Shown: positions 8,022-16,820 of the stretch, one piece after another
Layout of the letters: every line of letters begins with the position of its first letter
Numbering within the stretch: position 1 is the stretch's first letter
IMG/VR virus record: IMGVR_UViG_3300030098_007301
Location: 32,001 to 96,000 of that record
Reading direction: 5' to 3' (one strand)
Origin: a virus
Length of the DNA stretch: 64,000 nucleotides
Position numbers and translations under genes: made by a program
Notes under the pieces: generated by a model
Databases searched by the model: none
Seen by the model: only the letters and a program-made list of their open reading frames with translations
Told to the model about the DNA's origin: nothing

Positions 8022-8649
8022 TGATATAATTGTACCGAAGTCTTACCTAAAAGGCTTGTTAACAAAAGACCAAGAGAAACTCTTGAAGGGCTCTAGTCGC
8101 TATGGCGGGTCGGTCAGGGGTATCCAGTTTCAAACTAAGTGTTTGGAAAATGCACTCGATCAATACAAAATTTATAAACAGAACCTTTTTATAAATGACA
8201 AGTCTTCATGGAATTGCGAACCCTCAAGCACAGAACAAATAACTGAAGATACCCCCAAAAAATATCCTTACGAAAAAGGCCGCTGGAATAAGGTAGGTCA
8301 TAACGGGGGCGTAAATTTCTATACATCATTTTATGATGAAGATGAAAATGTTTGGTGGGCTGAGTTTAAATTTATTTTTACGAATGGAGTCATAGATAAA
8401 AAAGAATTAATTAAATTCGAAATACAGGAAACTGCTGAAGAAGCAGAGGAGCGAGAAAAAGACTGGGAGGCAGCTAACGCTAAAAAGAGATTATTCCAAC
8501 GAACTTTTAGATATAAATTCTTTTCTAAGCTTACTAAATTGTTAAGAAAACTTTTAAACTGGTCAGAACAAAAGACTTATGTAAACTATATCTCGATGCC
8601 AGCAGAAAAAAGAGAAAAAGAGAAACTTAGCTTCTGGAAGCATTCATGA
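8008..8649 (+). CDS. Phage hypothetical protein (MGMFD...FQTK type)
   Basis: Long ORF with coupled overlaps; N-terminal pattern common in phage hypothetical proteins. Confidence 0.75.
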   Translation: MGMFDDIIVPKSYLKGLLTKDQEKLLKGSSRYGGSVRGIQFQTKCLENALDQYKIYKQNLFINDKSSWNCEPSSTEQITEDTPKKYPYEKGRWNKVGHNGGVNFYTSFYDEDENVWWAEFKFIFTNGVIDKKELIKFEIQETAEEAEEREKDWEAANAKKRLFQRTFRYKFFSKLTKLLRKLLNWSEQKTYVNYISMPAEKREKEKLSFWKHS

Positions 8650-8870
8650 GCATACCTCAAAAAGGGTATAAGGAACTAAAAGAAGATTGCCCGCCTATTC
8701 CCGGCAACACTTGCCCTCACATAGATAAAGCTCAAAAATACCTAGAAGGCTTAAGAGACCAAAATGAAGCGCTTCGAGACATTGGTAAATACTGGAGAGC
8801 TACGGCTATTAACTTACTTCAAGAGTGCTGCGATTTAAACAAGTGTATAAAAGAATTAGAAGATGAATGA
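8646..8870 (+). CDS. Phage hypothetical protein (74 aa, TCPHID...LR..N..LR..G.YW)
   Basis: ATGA-coupled ORF. Confidence 0.7.
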   Translation: MSIPQKGYKELKEDCPPIPGNTCPHIDKAQKYLEGLRDQNEALRDIGKYWRATAINLLQECCDLNKCIKELEDE

Positions 8871-9142
8871 AAAAAGGGTTTACAGTATTGGAGTTTTTAT
8901 TAGCCATTACTGTTATGTTGTTACTAGTTTCTTTATCTTTACAAAGTTATGCAAATGCGAAGCGCCAAGCCAGAATTGCTGCGTGTAAAGTATATAGAAA
9001 ACAAATAGAAACTTTTCACGAAATGCCAGAATATCGCTTACCAACCATATCGGACTCCGACATTAAAGCTTTAGTGAAGACTTACGATCAATGTTACCAA
9101 TGCCACACAACAGCAAGAATCCCTTATTATTACGCAGAATGA
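8867..9142 (+). CDS. Type IV prepilin-like protein with C-terminal CxxCH motif
   Basis: KKG|FTVLE cleavage/methylation motif with Glu5, hydrophobic helix, AKRQARIAAC segment, and CYQCH at 9092-9106. Confidence 0.8.
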   Translation: MKKGFTVLEFLLAITVMLLLVSLSLQSYANAKRQARIAACKVYRKQIETFHEMPEYRLPTISDSDIKALVKTYDQCYQCHTTARIPYYYAE

Positions 9143-9810
9143 AAATATTAATATTTATCCTACTCGCCCCAGCGCTCTACGCACAGACAACTCGATACGA
9201 TAAAATAGTTGAAAGAAACGCTTTCTCTCTCCTAGATAAGCCTCCCGCCAAAGTTGAACTGCCGAAGCTTCTAGAGAAACCGCCTGTTACATTAAATCTT
9301 ACAGGTATTATGACAAGAAGAGGCGTGACTAACGTTTATTTGTTTTCAAAAGATATTCCTAAAAGATTCTTAACTCTTTCTACCAAAAAAAGGACGGATA
9401 GCGGAGTAACTCTTTTAAGCGTAGAGAGAGGTTTAGTGGAGGTAAATAATAACGGCGTAACGGAGCTTCTCTCTTTTGAGACTCATAAGCTGCCCTCTAC
9501 AATTACATTACCCGCCCTCAATACTAAACCGACAGTTGTGAAGAAGAAGGACGATAAAGGTAAATCCACCAAAGTAGCACCGCCAAAACCTAAGGCAAAC
9601 ATAGTTACTGTCCCCTCTAGACGGCCAAAAATAGACCCAAGGATTATTCAAAAAGGGTTGGAGTACATAGACAGAATAGATGATAAAGAAAAAAGAGAAT
9701 ATATCCTTCAAAGATTAGAAAGGCTTCAGAGCGGCCAAGACAAACTGGACAGAAAAATTGACTCTAACGAGAGACGCAGGCAGTATGACGAGCGGCGCCG
9801 AGACAAATGA
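9139..9810 (+). CDS. Exported or membrane-anchored protein resembling GspC/T2SS-accessory proteins
   Basis: Signal-like MKILIFILLAPALYA; YDKIVERNAF, Pro-rich linker and LNLTGI segment; ATGA overlap fixes the start at 9139. Confidence 0.55.
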   Translation: MKILIFILLAPALYAQTTRYDKIVERNAFSLLDKPPAKVELPKLLEKPPVTLNLTGIMTRRGVTNVYLFSKDIPKRFLTLSTKKRTDSGVTLLSVERGLVEVNNNGVTELLSFETHKLPSTITLPALNTKPTVVKKKDDKGKSTKVAPPKPKANIVTVPSRRPKIDPRIIQKGLEYIDRIDDKEKREYILQRLERLQSGQDKLDRKIDSNERRRQYDERRRDK

Positions 9811-10016
9811 AAATCCCTAAACATAATTTAATAGAGTTTGTTAACTTAGTTAACGAGTGCTGCGCTGTCATGGATCATGACTATGTAGGTGAGTGGATAA
9901 ATAAACCCAATCCAGATTTAAACATGGATACGCCCATGGATATATTTAATAATGAAGGAGCGGAGCGCATTTACAGGCTCCTTTATTTTATTGATATTGG
10001 AGAAGCAGACCTTTAG
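9807..10016 (+). CDS. Stand-alone Xre/MbcA/ParS C-terminal (toxin-binding) domain protein
   Basis: EWINKPNPDLNMDTPMDIF...GAERIYRLLYFIDIG matches the W..PN..L...P.d....G...v..lL..i..G pattern. Confidence 0.7.
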   Translation: MKIPKHNLIEFVNLVNECCAVMDHDYVGEWINKPNPDLNMDTPMDIFNNEGAERIYRLLYFIDIGEADL

Positions 10017-13000
10017 GGCTTAGGTACGCTATTTATTACCATTGTGCTTCCGTCTGGGAATTTAGTTCTAGTAACTAGGAACACAGTTCCATTCACTGTC
10101 TCTTCTATGGTATAGTTAACAGTTGCATCAGCGGTGGCCCTAGGCTCAGGGATGCCTTCTGGTATAACTTGATAATCTATAGCTTCTGGAGATAACAATA
10201 CTTCAAAAGATTTGTACGGGACTCCACTCTGAGTCAATCTAGGAGCACCCGTAGGACTAAGTCCAGTGTGGTAAACTGAAACCGAAGCTCCTGAACCATT
10301 TAAAGTTATAGAATTCATTCCTAAAACGTCTGGAGCCCCTACCTCCAACTCCGAAGAAGTCCCTGTAAAATTAACTGAAGCGCCCTGTTCTCCATTAGAA
10401 AATGTTATGTCTGTTATTTCGTCTAATTTATGTCCACTTAGACGAATACTAGTTCCCGGCGCCCCTCTTAGAGGGCCGTATCCTGTCACATAAAAACAAT
10501 CACCAGTATTTACGAAATCTCTAGCATAAGACGTTACTTTTTTATTAGTTATTTTATTTGCAAATTCATCTATTCCAGATTCAGGGAATTTAAAGTCATC
10601 ATAACCTAACACATTAAAAGAATTAACTGGCTCTAAATATGAACCTGTGTTTATTAAACTAAAATTCAATTCCGTATCCTTAAACCAAGGGTCTAATATA
10701 TATATCCTTCCCGACCCTAATAAATCAAGAGGAGATGTTAACTCTATTTCAGAATAAAAAGTATTAGCTACCCCTCCTATTGTAGCAAGACCTGTAGAAT
10801 ATTTATCTATAGGAATAGTTGATTGAATGAAACTGTTTTCAGTATTATCCATGCCTGAATCTGGAACATTTAATATAGAAACGCCAGAGAATGCCACGAG
10901 GCCTAACCCCGACCCCGACATTTCAGAATCGATCAACTGCTCGTCAAAAGTATTTATTCCTGTAACAGTAATTTTTGTTCCCTTTTCAACAAAGAAAGTA
11001 TTATCGTCAGACTTAGCCAAACCCCCGTCTATTCCTGTCACTACTCCTATTGGATAAAATCCACTAGCTTCTATTTGGTTTTGCCTCCCTGACAGTTTAA
11101 TATCCCCATGGTAAATACCAGTAGGGACTCGAACTGAAATTTTTTCTACCCCATTAGCTATCAAGCTCTCAACGTGCGGTTGCACAGTAACATGTCCTCC
11201 AGTAGGATAAGGAAAAAGCACGTCCATGCCAGTTATATTAAATCCAGTAACATCAATGCTTTCATTTGGTATCGCAAAATTATTAAATCCAGAAACTGAT
11301 ATTAAATTTATACCTGTTGAATTACTTTCAGTGAGGCGCCCAAAAGAATCTAAAAGCTGAAATTTTCCGCTCTCACCGTTTATCGACCCGGGGACATTAA
11401 ACCTTAAAGAGTTATACCTTTGAGAAGTAAAAGAATTAAAATCAAAATAATCCGATTCTCCCGAGAATCTAACTCCCGTGACTAAATCCATTCCAGCTCC
11501 GGATATAGTTATCTGATCGTTAGATTTAAAAACTTGAGAATAATCAATTATAGCCGGTTTTACTTCCCCGCTATAATATCCACTAATACTCGGCTTACTT
11601 GGGGCTACAGCCAGAAAACCTGTCGTTTCTAGTATGCCGCCACTAGTATTAACACTAATTGTGTTTGTTTGAGTGTTCTCAGGTACAACAAAATTAAAAC
11701 CTGTTGTAGAGTTTTGGTTTATTTGCGAGACTATAGTATCTCCTATTTTTAACCCATTAGAAACAATGTTCTCAAAATGTCCAGACATAGTGACGGTATC
11801 ACCAAACTCAACGGACTCTGGCTCAAATCCACTTAGGAATGGAGGAGTTAACGCTGTAATGTCTGCATCGCTATCGGTAAGATTGCTTCTGCCTCTCCTA
11901 TTCCTAGCCAAAACCTTGAAGTTAACGCCACTAGGAAAAGAGTCGGGGTATTGAAATTTAATTTGACTATGGTTAGTGTTATTATATCCGCTAGAGGGGA
12001 GCTTTTGAAAAAGCGCATAGCTTCCGAGTCCAGCACCCCCTGTCCACAGCTCGGCTCCTGCTCCGGTATACAAACAGGTCCCCAACATCAAACCCGTTCT
12101 TCCGGGTACTACCTCAGTATCGGGATCTATAGATGTTACAGTGGGAATACCAAAAGAAAAGAATCCATTGGTTCCAGTTACTGAGCCAAAATGCCCAGAT
12201 AACACAACGTCATAAGACTCTCCTAAAGTTCCAAGAGTAGCGGCATTCCCTATTTGAAAACTAAGCTCAAATCCCGGTGTAATCTCAGCTATATTTCCTG
12301 CGCTATATGTCCCTGCCCCAACATTAGAAGAAGCATTTAACAACATATTTACCCCAGTGATGCTGTATAAATTCTTACCACTAATAGTAACAAAATCTCC
12401 AACTACCCCAGATGATGGCGATATTCCATCTATAATAGGCAAACCTATAGTAGGCGTAAAATGGACATTAGAAGGATAAGACTCTGGATAATTATCTGAA
12501 AAGAAGCTAACGACTCCAGAAGATATAGTTGGGTCACTTGAAACGTTACCCCCAGACACCTGTATATTTATACCTGTAGGAATTAATCCTGAAGCGACTT
12601 TATCACTTAATAATTTAAACTCACCCGTTTCTCCCATTACCGTTCCAAGATAATTAGAGCCGGTTTCATATAAAATATCCCCAACAAAATTGTCCCCCGA
12701 GACTAATAAGAAAGTTCCTGTTGATCCCGCGGGTTTAGCAGAAGAAACTCCAACCTGAGAGAACCCTACTCCAGTAATCGTAGCTAAAGGAGAGAGCGCA
12801 AATTTTTGATCCATCTGAGTGAATTGCCCGCTCCTTAACAACAAATCAGCTTGACCCCTTATATTTCCAGATGGAATTTTCACGGTCGCTGTGTTAGCAG
12901 TCAATGTTACGCCTGATATCAAATCGTCATTACTAGCAAACCTTACTCCTGTAACGCCGCTTAAAGAAAACCCTGTTATAGACAAATCTTCACCGGAAGA

Positions 13001-13528
13001 TAATTGAAAAGAACTTAATCCTGACACTTCGGGTATAGGAACAAACTCATCCACGCTAAGCCCACTTGCTAGAGACTGGTTATTGTTTAGGCCCGTTCGC
13101 AGGGCAGAAAAAACTGTGACTCCATCGTAATCAGCATCTTGAGGAATTATAGCCTCAACTGTTTCCGAGTCTACCAAATTAAAGCTAGCTTCCACTTCCC
13201 CGAATTTAACATTCGTTATTTGGTAAAAGTTTTCGCCAGTGACTGAATATAGGCTTCCCGCCTTACCACTAATATTAGGAAGTTTTCCTACTGTTACTTG
13301 GTCATTCGAAGTTAAGATGATATATTTTTCACCTAAAGAAAATTGCCCATGAGAAGTAGACGCTATTACATCACTCGTAAAAGCGTTTATAGGAACTGTT
13401 CCTGAAACTCCCGTAGTGCCTACATATTGCAAATCCTCAACAAATATATCTCCAAATCTAAGGTCGTCGATCAAGTTCATGTTTTGACCTGATATTTCAA
13501 ACTTCGTATTTGGAGTTAAATATGCCAT
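10013..13528 (-). CDS. Virion protein with multiple IPT/TIG (Ig-like) repeats
   Basis: Repeats such as PIIDGISPSSGVVGDFVTISGKNL, PFLSGFEPESVEFGDTVTMSG and YVTGYGPLRGAPGTSIRLSG. Confidence 0.8.
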   Translation of the reverse strand: MAYLTPNTKFEISGQNMNLIDDLRFGDIFVEDLQYVGTTGVSGTVPINAFTSDVIASTSHGQFSLGEKYIILTSNDQVTVGKLPNISGKAGSLYSVTGENFYQITNVKFGEVEASFNLVDSETVEAIIPQDADYDGVTVFSALRTGLNNNQSLASGLSVDEFVPIPEVSGLSSFQLSSGEDLSITGFSLSGVTGVRFASNDDLISGVTLTANTATVKIPSGNIRGQADLLLRSGQFTQMDQKFALSPLATITGVGFSQVGVSSAKPAGSTGTFLLVSGDNFVGDILYETGSNYLGTVMGETGEFKLLSDKVASGLIPTGINIQVSGGNVSSDPTISSGVVSFFSDNYPESYPSNVHFTPTIGLPIIDGISPSSGVVGDFVTISGKNLYSITGVNMLLNASSNVGAGTYSAGNIAEITPGFELSFQIGNAATLGTLGESYDVVLSGHFGSVTGTNGFFSFGIPTVTSIDPDTEVVPGRTGLMLGTCLYTGAGAELWTGGAGLGSYALFQKLPSSGYNNTNHSQIKFQYPDSFPSGVNFKVLARNRRGRSNLTDSDADITALTPPFLSGFEPESVEFGDTVTMSGHFENIVSNGLKIGDTIVSQINQNSTTGFNFVVPENTQTNTISVNTSGGILETTGFLAVAPSKPSISGYYSGEVKPAIIDYSQVFKSNDQITISGAGMDLVTGVRFSGESDYFDFNSFTSQRYNSLRFNVPGSINGESGKFQLLDSFGRLTESNSTGINLISVSGFNNFAIPNESIDVTGFNITGMDVLFPYPTGGHVTVQPHVESLIANGVEKISVRVPTGIYHGDIKLSGRQNQIEASGFYPIGVVTGIDGGLAKSDDNTFFVEKGTKITVTGINTFDEQLIDSEMSGSGLGLVAFSGVSILNVPDSGMDNTENSFIQSTIPIDKYSTGLATIGGVANTFYSEIELTSPLDLLGSGRIYILDPWFKDTELNFSLINTGSYLEPVNSFNVLGYDDFKFPESGIDEFANKITNKKVTSYARDFVNTGDCFYVTGYGPLRGAPGTSIRLSGHKLDEITDITFSNGEQGASVNFTGTSSELEVGAPDVLGMNSITLNGSGASVSVYHTGLSPTGAPRLTQSGVPYKSFEVLLSPEAIDYQVIPEGIPEPRATADATVNYTIEETVNGTVFLVTRTKFPDGSTMVINSVPKP

Positions 13529-13531
13529 TTT

Positions 13532-14401
13532 TTATCCTTGAAATTCTGTGCTCCCCATCCCCACGTTACCCGCCCCCACGGAGCCATAGCTAAAAAATCC
13601 TTCTGGTACTACTATTTTAATTTGACTATCGTTTTGTATCACATTAATTGTTTGTTTTATATAATCTCCAGCGGCCGAAGCTAGATTCCTAGATTGCATT
13701 ACTCCGGAGCAGGAAAAAGTATCTAAAACCGCGTCGCTACTATATCCCCTCAAGTTAGCCTCTAGTTTTACGTTGCTCCCATCTACAGGTAAATTACCTG
13801 TAGGGTTATCTATTTCAAAGTTCATGCTAACAGTTTTTTTACCGAAGCTAATACTGCTAGGTTTTGTTTCTTCCGCTAAATAAACTGGAGCTACTTCTGA
13901 ATTATAATTGTAAGAACCGGCTACAAAACTGTCAACTTCATCTGTCTCAAAGGCTGAAATTATATTTATTCTAGATGAATTTAAAACAGTAGCAGGCGAC
14001 ACCTGCTCTTCAGTTCTCTCAAAAACTCCTTGAAGATCATCAAAAAATGCTATACTAACACTAGCGGCTATAGGCTGATTTGGAGAAAAATTTACGCTAT
14101 AAGAAGTTAAATACCCACTGTCAAAATTCAATCCTCCAAAATTACCCGATATTATTTGACTCTCTTCTTGAGGTACTTCTCCTTGACCAGTAATAAAGGT
14201 TTTGAAATAATCATTACCGGTTAAAAAATATGCAAATGTTAATGAGCCCCCAATACCATTAGATGCTATATAAGAATTTGTATTTCTATCCCCTATTACA
14301 TAGTTAGCCTCCAAACTCGCGTTAAGAGACATTTCAGCATTGGAAGCTAAAATTTCGTTTCCGTTGATCTTAAGAAGTGCGTTGTTAGCTGAATAAAACA
14401 C
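13532..14401 (-). CDS. Tail-tube-like (baseplate tube) paralogue
   Basis: GYLTSYSVNF and PVYLAE motifs shared with the other tube paralogues; GTG start. Confidence 0.65.
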   Translation of the reverse strand: MFYSANNALLKINGNEILASNAEMSLNASLEANYVIGDRNTNSYIASNGIGGSLTFAYFLTGNDYFKTFITGQGEVPQEESQIISGNFGGLNFDSGYLTSYSVNFSPNQPIAASVSIAFFDDLQGVFERTEEQVSPATVLNSSRINIISAFETDEVDSFVAGSYNYNSEVAPVYLAEETKPSSISFGKKTVSMNFEIDNPTGNLPVDGSNVKLEANLRGYSSDAVLDTFSCSGVMQSRNLASAAGDYIKQTINVIQNDSQIKIVVPEGFFSYGSVGAGNVGMGSTEFQG

Positions 14402-14402
14402 A

Positions 14403-15290
14403 TTAATAGGCCGCAGTTAAGGTCTTTTGCGTTCTGATAATATCATCTAGCCCAACGGTAGCAGAAGTATTTACCTGATGGCCGCTAATCATTTTTACCT
14501 CCATTATTTGCTCCGTGGCGTCTACCCCTTTTAAGTTTATTAAATAATCATTAGCGTCCCCTGTGTACGTTAACCCTGAATTGAAAACATCTTCCGCTAC
14601 ATTTATCGATTCGGAAGCGTTGGTATATAGTGTTGTAGTGGGAAATTCTTGGCCAACTTTGTATATAGGATTATGATTAAATGAAATAGAATAATCCGCT
14701 GAATATACAGTGCCCACTTCCGTACCTGCATTTGGGGCGCTAATAGTTGTTTTTAAATTAGTTAAATCCGTAAATCGCCCATGAGCTACTCCTGTTGCGA
14801 CAGCGGTTCCTCCGGGATTTGATATAGCCGGGTCAGTACCTGTGATTCTACCGCTAATAACACTATCAACATTAGTGGGGGTACTAAAACCGCCAAATAA
14901 GCTAAAAGACGCACTTGATGTGGAAACGGAATTGCTAGCAGTGTTAAAAGCATAAGAATTTAAAAATCCCATACCGCTCATTCCTGCGCATTTTATTAAA
15001 ACCCCGGAGCCAGTCGAGCCTATCGAATGCTTCAGGCCGCTAGCTAGATAATTAATAATATTACCGGGGTGAGAGTGAACTTTACCTGTGATGCTAGTTA
15101 AAAAATTAAAAGAAATATCGCCGACTCTTGGGCCGCCGGGAACATGACCCAAGCTACCTTTATTGCCGATAACATACAACGGCTGAAGGGAGTTGCTGTA
15201 ATTTATATTACAATCAGAAGCCAAAAGCGTTTCGGTTACTCCGCCTACGCTTACTTCTACCGCTGCCTTATCGTAAAATACCTGTGCCAT
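14403..15290 (-). CDS. Tail-tube-like (baseplate tube) paralogue
   Basis: QPLYVIG, GFLNSYAF and NPIYKVG (internal duplication). Confidence 0.65.
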   Translation of the reverse strand: MAQVFYDKAAVEVSVGGVTETLLASDCNINYSNSLQPLYVIGNKGSLGHVPGGPRVGDISFNFLTSITGKVHSHPGNIINYLASGLKHSIGSTGSGVLIKCAGMSGMGFLNSYAFNTASNSVSTSSASFSLFGGFSTPTNVDSVISGRITGTDPAISNPGGTAVATGVAHGRFTDLTNLKTTISAPNAGTEVGTVYSADYSISFNHNPIYKVGQEFPTTTLYTNASESINVAEDVFNSGLTYTGDANDYLINLKGVDATEQIMEVKMISGHQVNTSATVGLDDIIRTQKTLTAAY

Positions 15291-15308
15291 ATCCTTTAGT
15301 TTTTAATT

Positions 15309-15315
15309 ATTACAC
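15309..15315 (-). promoter_or_regulatory. GTGTAAT motif
   Basis: 18 nt upstream of the start at 15290. Confidence 0.6.
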
Positions 15316-15320
15316 ATTTT

Positions 15321-16163
15321 TCACCTTAATATGAAAGATCTTAGATTAAAATTAGCCCCAGCATTACCGTCTGCGCTAGCTTGAAAAGACTCAGAAGTTA
15401 ATAGCATATCTTGAAACGAATATTCTATTATTTTATCCTGAGAGTTGTTTTTGTTCAAAGTTATTGTAGTATTTTGAAAAACTGTTTGCTCGGGAACAAA
15501 CCTCATATTTTTAATTTCATAGTCGTCTATGTCTAATACAAAATTAACATTAACCTCAATAGGGGTACCTGCTATAACTCCAGTTGGAGAGTCTAGGCCA
15601 ACAGCATAGAGAGGGACCCTAGGTGTTGCTATCTCGACGCTAAATGATAACATCCTATTAGTATTGAACTCATCTAAATTAACTTCCATTGAACTATAAC
15701 TAGGAATAGATAAATTAGGAGCGGAAGCAGAAGATTGCTCCCAACTCGGGATATTATTACCTGTCCCCATTTGTCCATAAATTACTGAAGTAGTAGATGT
15801 GCTAGGTATTTCACCTATTCCGCAGGAAACGCTATATGTCTCCAAATACGCTTCAGTGAACTCAATTTTCTCATCTCCATAACTAACTATTCCACTAAAG
15901 GGTAAATCCCCAGTAAAATTCAACATATGATCCGACGCTGTAATATCTGCGTAATTTTCAGGAAAATAATGCGTAAGCAGCGTATTTAACTGCAAACTCG
16001 CCGTCTGAGGGCCTTGAGGGGCATACTGAATGCGGTTTATCCCTAAATTAGACAACGGTGAAGATGCTGCAGAGTCATACCCCAGCGTAGCTGACGTGAC
16101 TCCTTGTATTCCCGTACCGTTAATTACGATACTTTCCGCGTCTCTCCTAATTCTTCCTAACAT
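15321..16163 (-). CDS. Tail-tube-like (baseplate tube) paralogue
   Basis: YLETYSVSCGIGEIP, TPRVPLYAVG and LTSESFQAS align with FMTSYSSEAAVGGLP, SRTPIQKLG and IDSESFSSS of the major tube genes. Confidence 0.7.
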   Translation of the reverse strand: MLGRIRRDAESIVINGTGIQGVTSATLGYDSAASSPLSNLGINRIQYAPQGPQTASLQLNTLLTHYFPENYADITASDHMLNFTGDLPFSGIVSYGDEKIEFTEAYLETYSVSCGIGEIPSTSTTSVIYGQMGTGNNIPSWEQSSASAPNLSIPSYSSMEVNLDEFNTNRMLSFSVEIATPRVPLYAVGLDSPTGVIAGTPIEVNVNFVLDIDDYEIKNMRFVPEQTVFQNTTITLNKNNSQDKIIEYSFQDMLLTSESFQASADGNAGANFNLRSFILR

Positions 16164-16177
16164 TACCTTATCTTTAT

Positions 16178-16201
16178 TTTACACTCTTTTTTGTGTGTAA
16201 T
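16178..16201. promoter_or_regulatory. Divergent pair of GTGTAA motifs
   Basis: GTGTAAA on minus (16178-16184) and GTGTAAT on plus (16195-16201) between divergent operons. Confidence 0.7.
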
Positions 16202-16227
16202 ATAATAAATAAAGGATTAAGGGAAAA

Positions 16228-16815
16228 ATGGCGTTTGATAACAGTATTTATAATGTAGAAACATGGGTCGCAAATAAGACTTACGTTAAAAATGACATAG
16301 TGGCTCGTATTGAATACGTAGGAGGAGCGGCTGCTACGAACAAAGTCCCCAAAGACGTGAAATACTACTACAACCTAACAGGTGCAAATACAGGCACGGC
16401 ACCTGAATCCGACTCAACAAATTGGGGAGGCTATGTAACAGTTAATAATCAAAAGATTCCCTTATTCCTGTGGAAGCCCTCTTATAATGTTTCTACTCGC
16501 CATAACCCAAAAGTTAATGTTGTTAAATTTGGCAACGGCTACGAGCAAAGAAATCCTGACGGGGTATTTTCGCAGCTTATTGATATAGAAATATCTTTTG
16601 AGAAAAGAACCGAACGAGAAGCTCGAGCTATTTTACATTTTCTTAAAGCTCGCAAAGCGGTAGAGAGCTTTGCCATTAAAGAGCTGCCTAATTTATATGC
16701 AGATAACACAACAGGTGGATTTCGTAAAAGGTTTGTTTGCCCTAACTTTAATAGCACTTTTATATTTTACAACAACTATACCGTAACTGCTACCTTATCG
16801 CAGGAAAACAATTAA
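16228..16815 (+). CDS. Lambda gpM-like minor (distal) tail protein with N-terminal carbohydrate-binding-like module
   Basis: VVKFGNGYEQR and ILHFLKARKAVESF; first gene of the M-L-K-I-J order. Confidence 0.85.
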   Translation: MAFDNSIYNVETWVANKTYVKNDIVARIEYVGGAAATNKVPKDVKYYYNLTGANTGTAPESDSTNWGGYVTVNNQKIPLFLWKPSYNVSTRHNPKVNVVKFGNGYEQRNPDGVFSQLIDIEISFEKRTEREARAILHFLKARKAVESFAIKELPNLYADNTTGGFRKRFVCPNFNSTFIFYNNYTVTATLSQENN

Positions 16816-16820
16816 AATAG

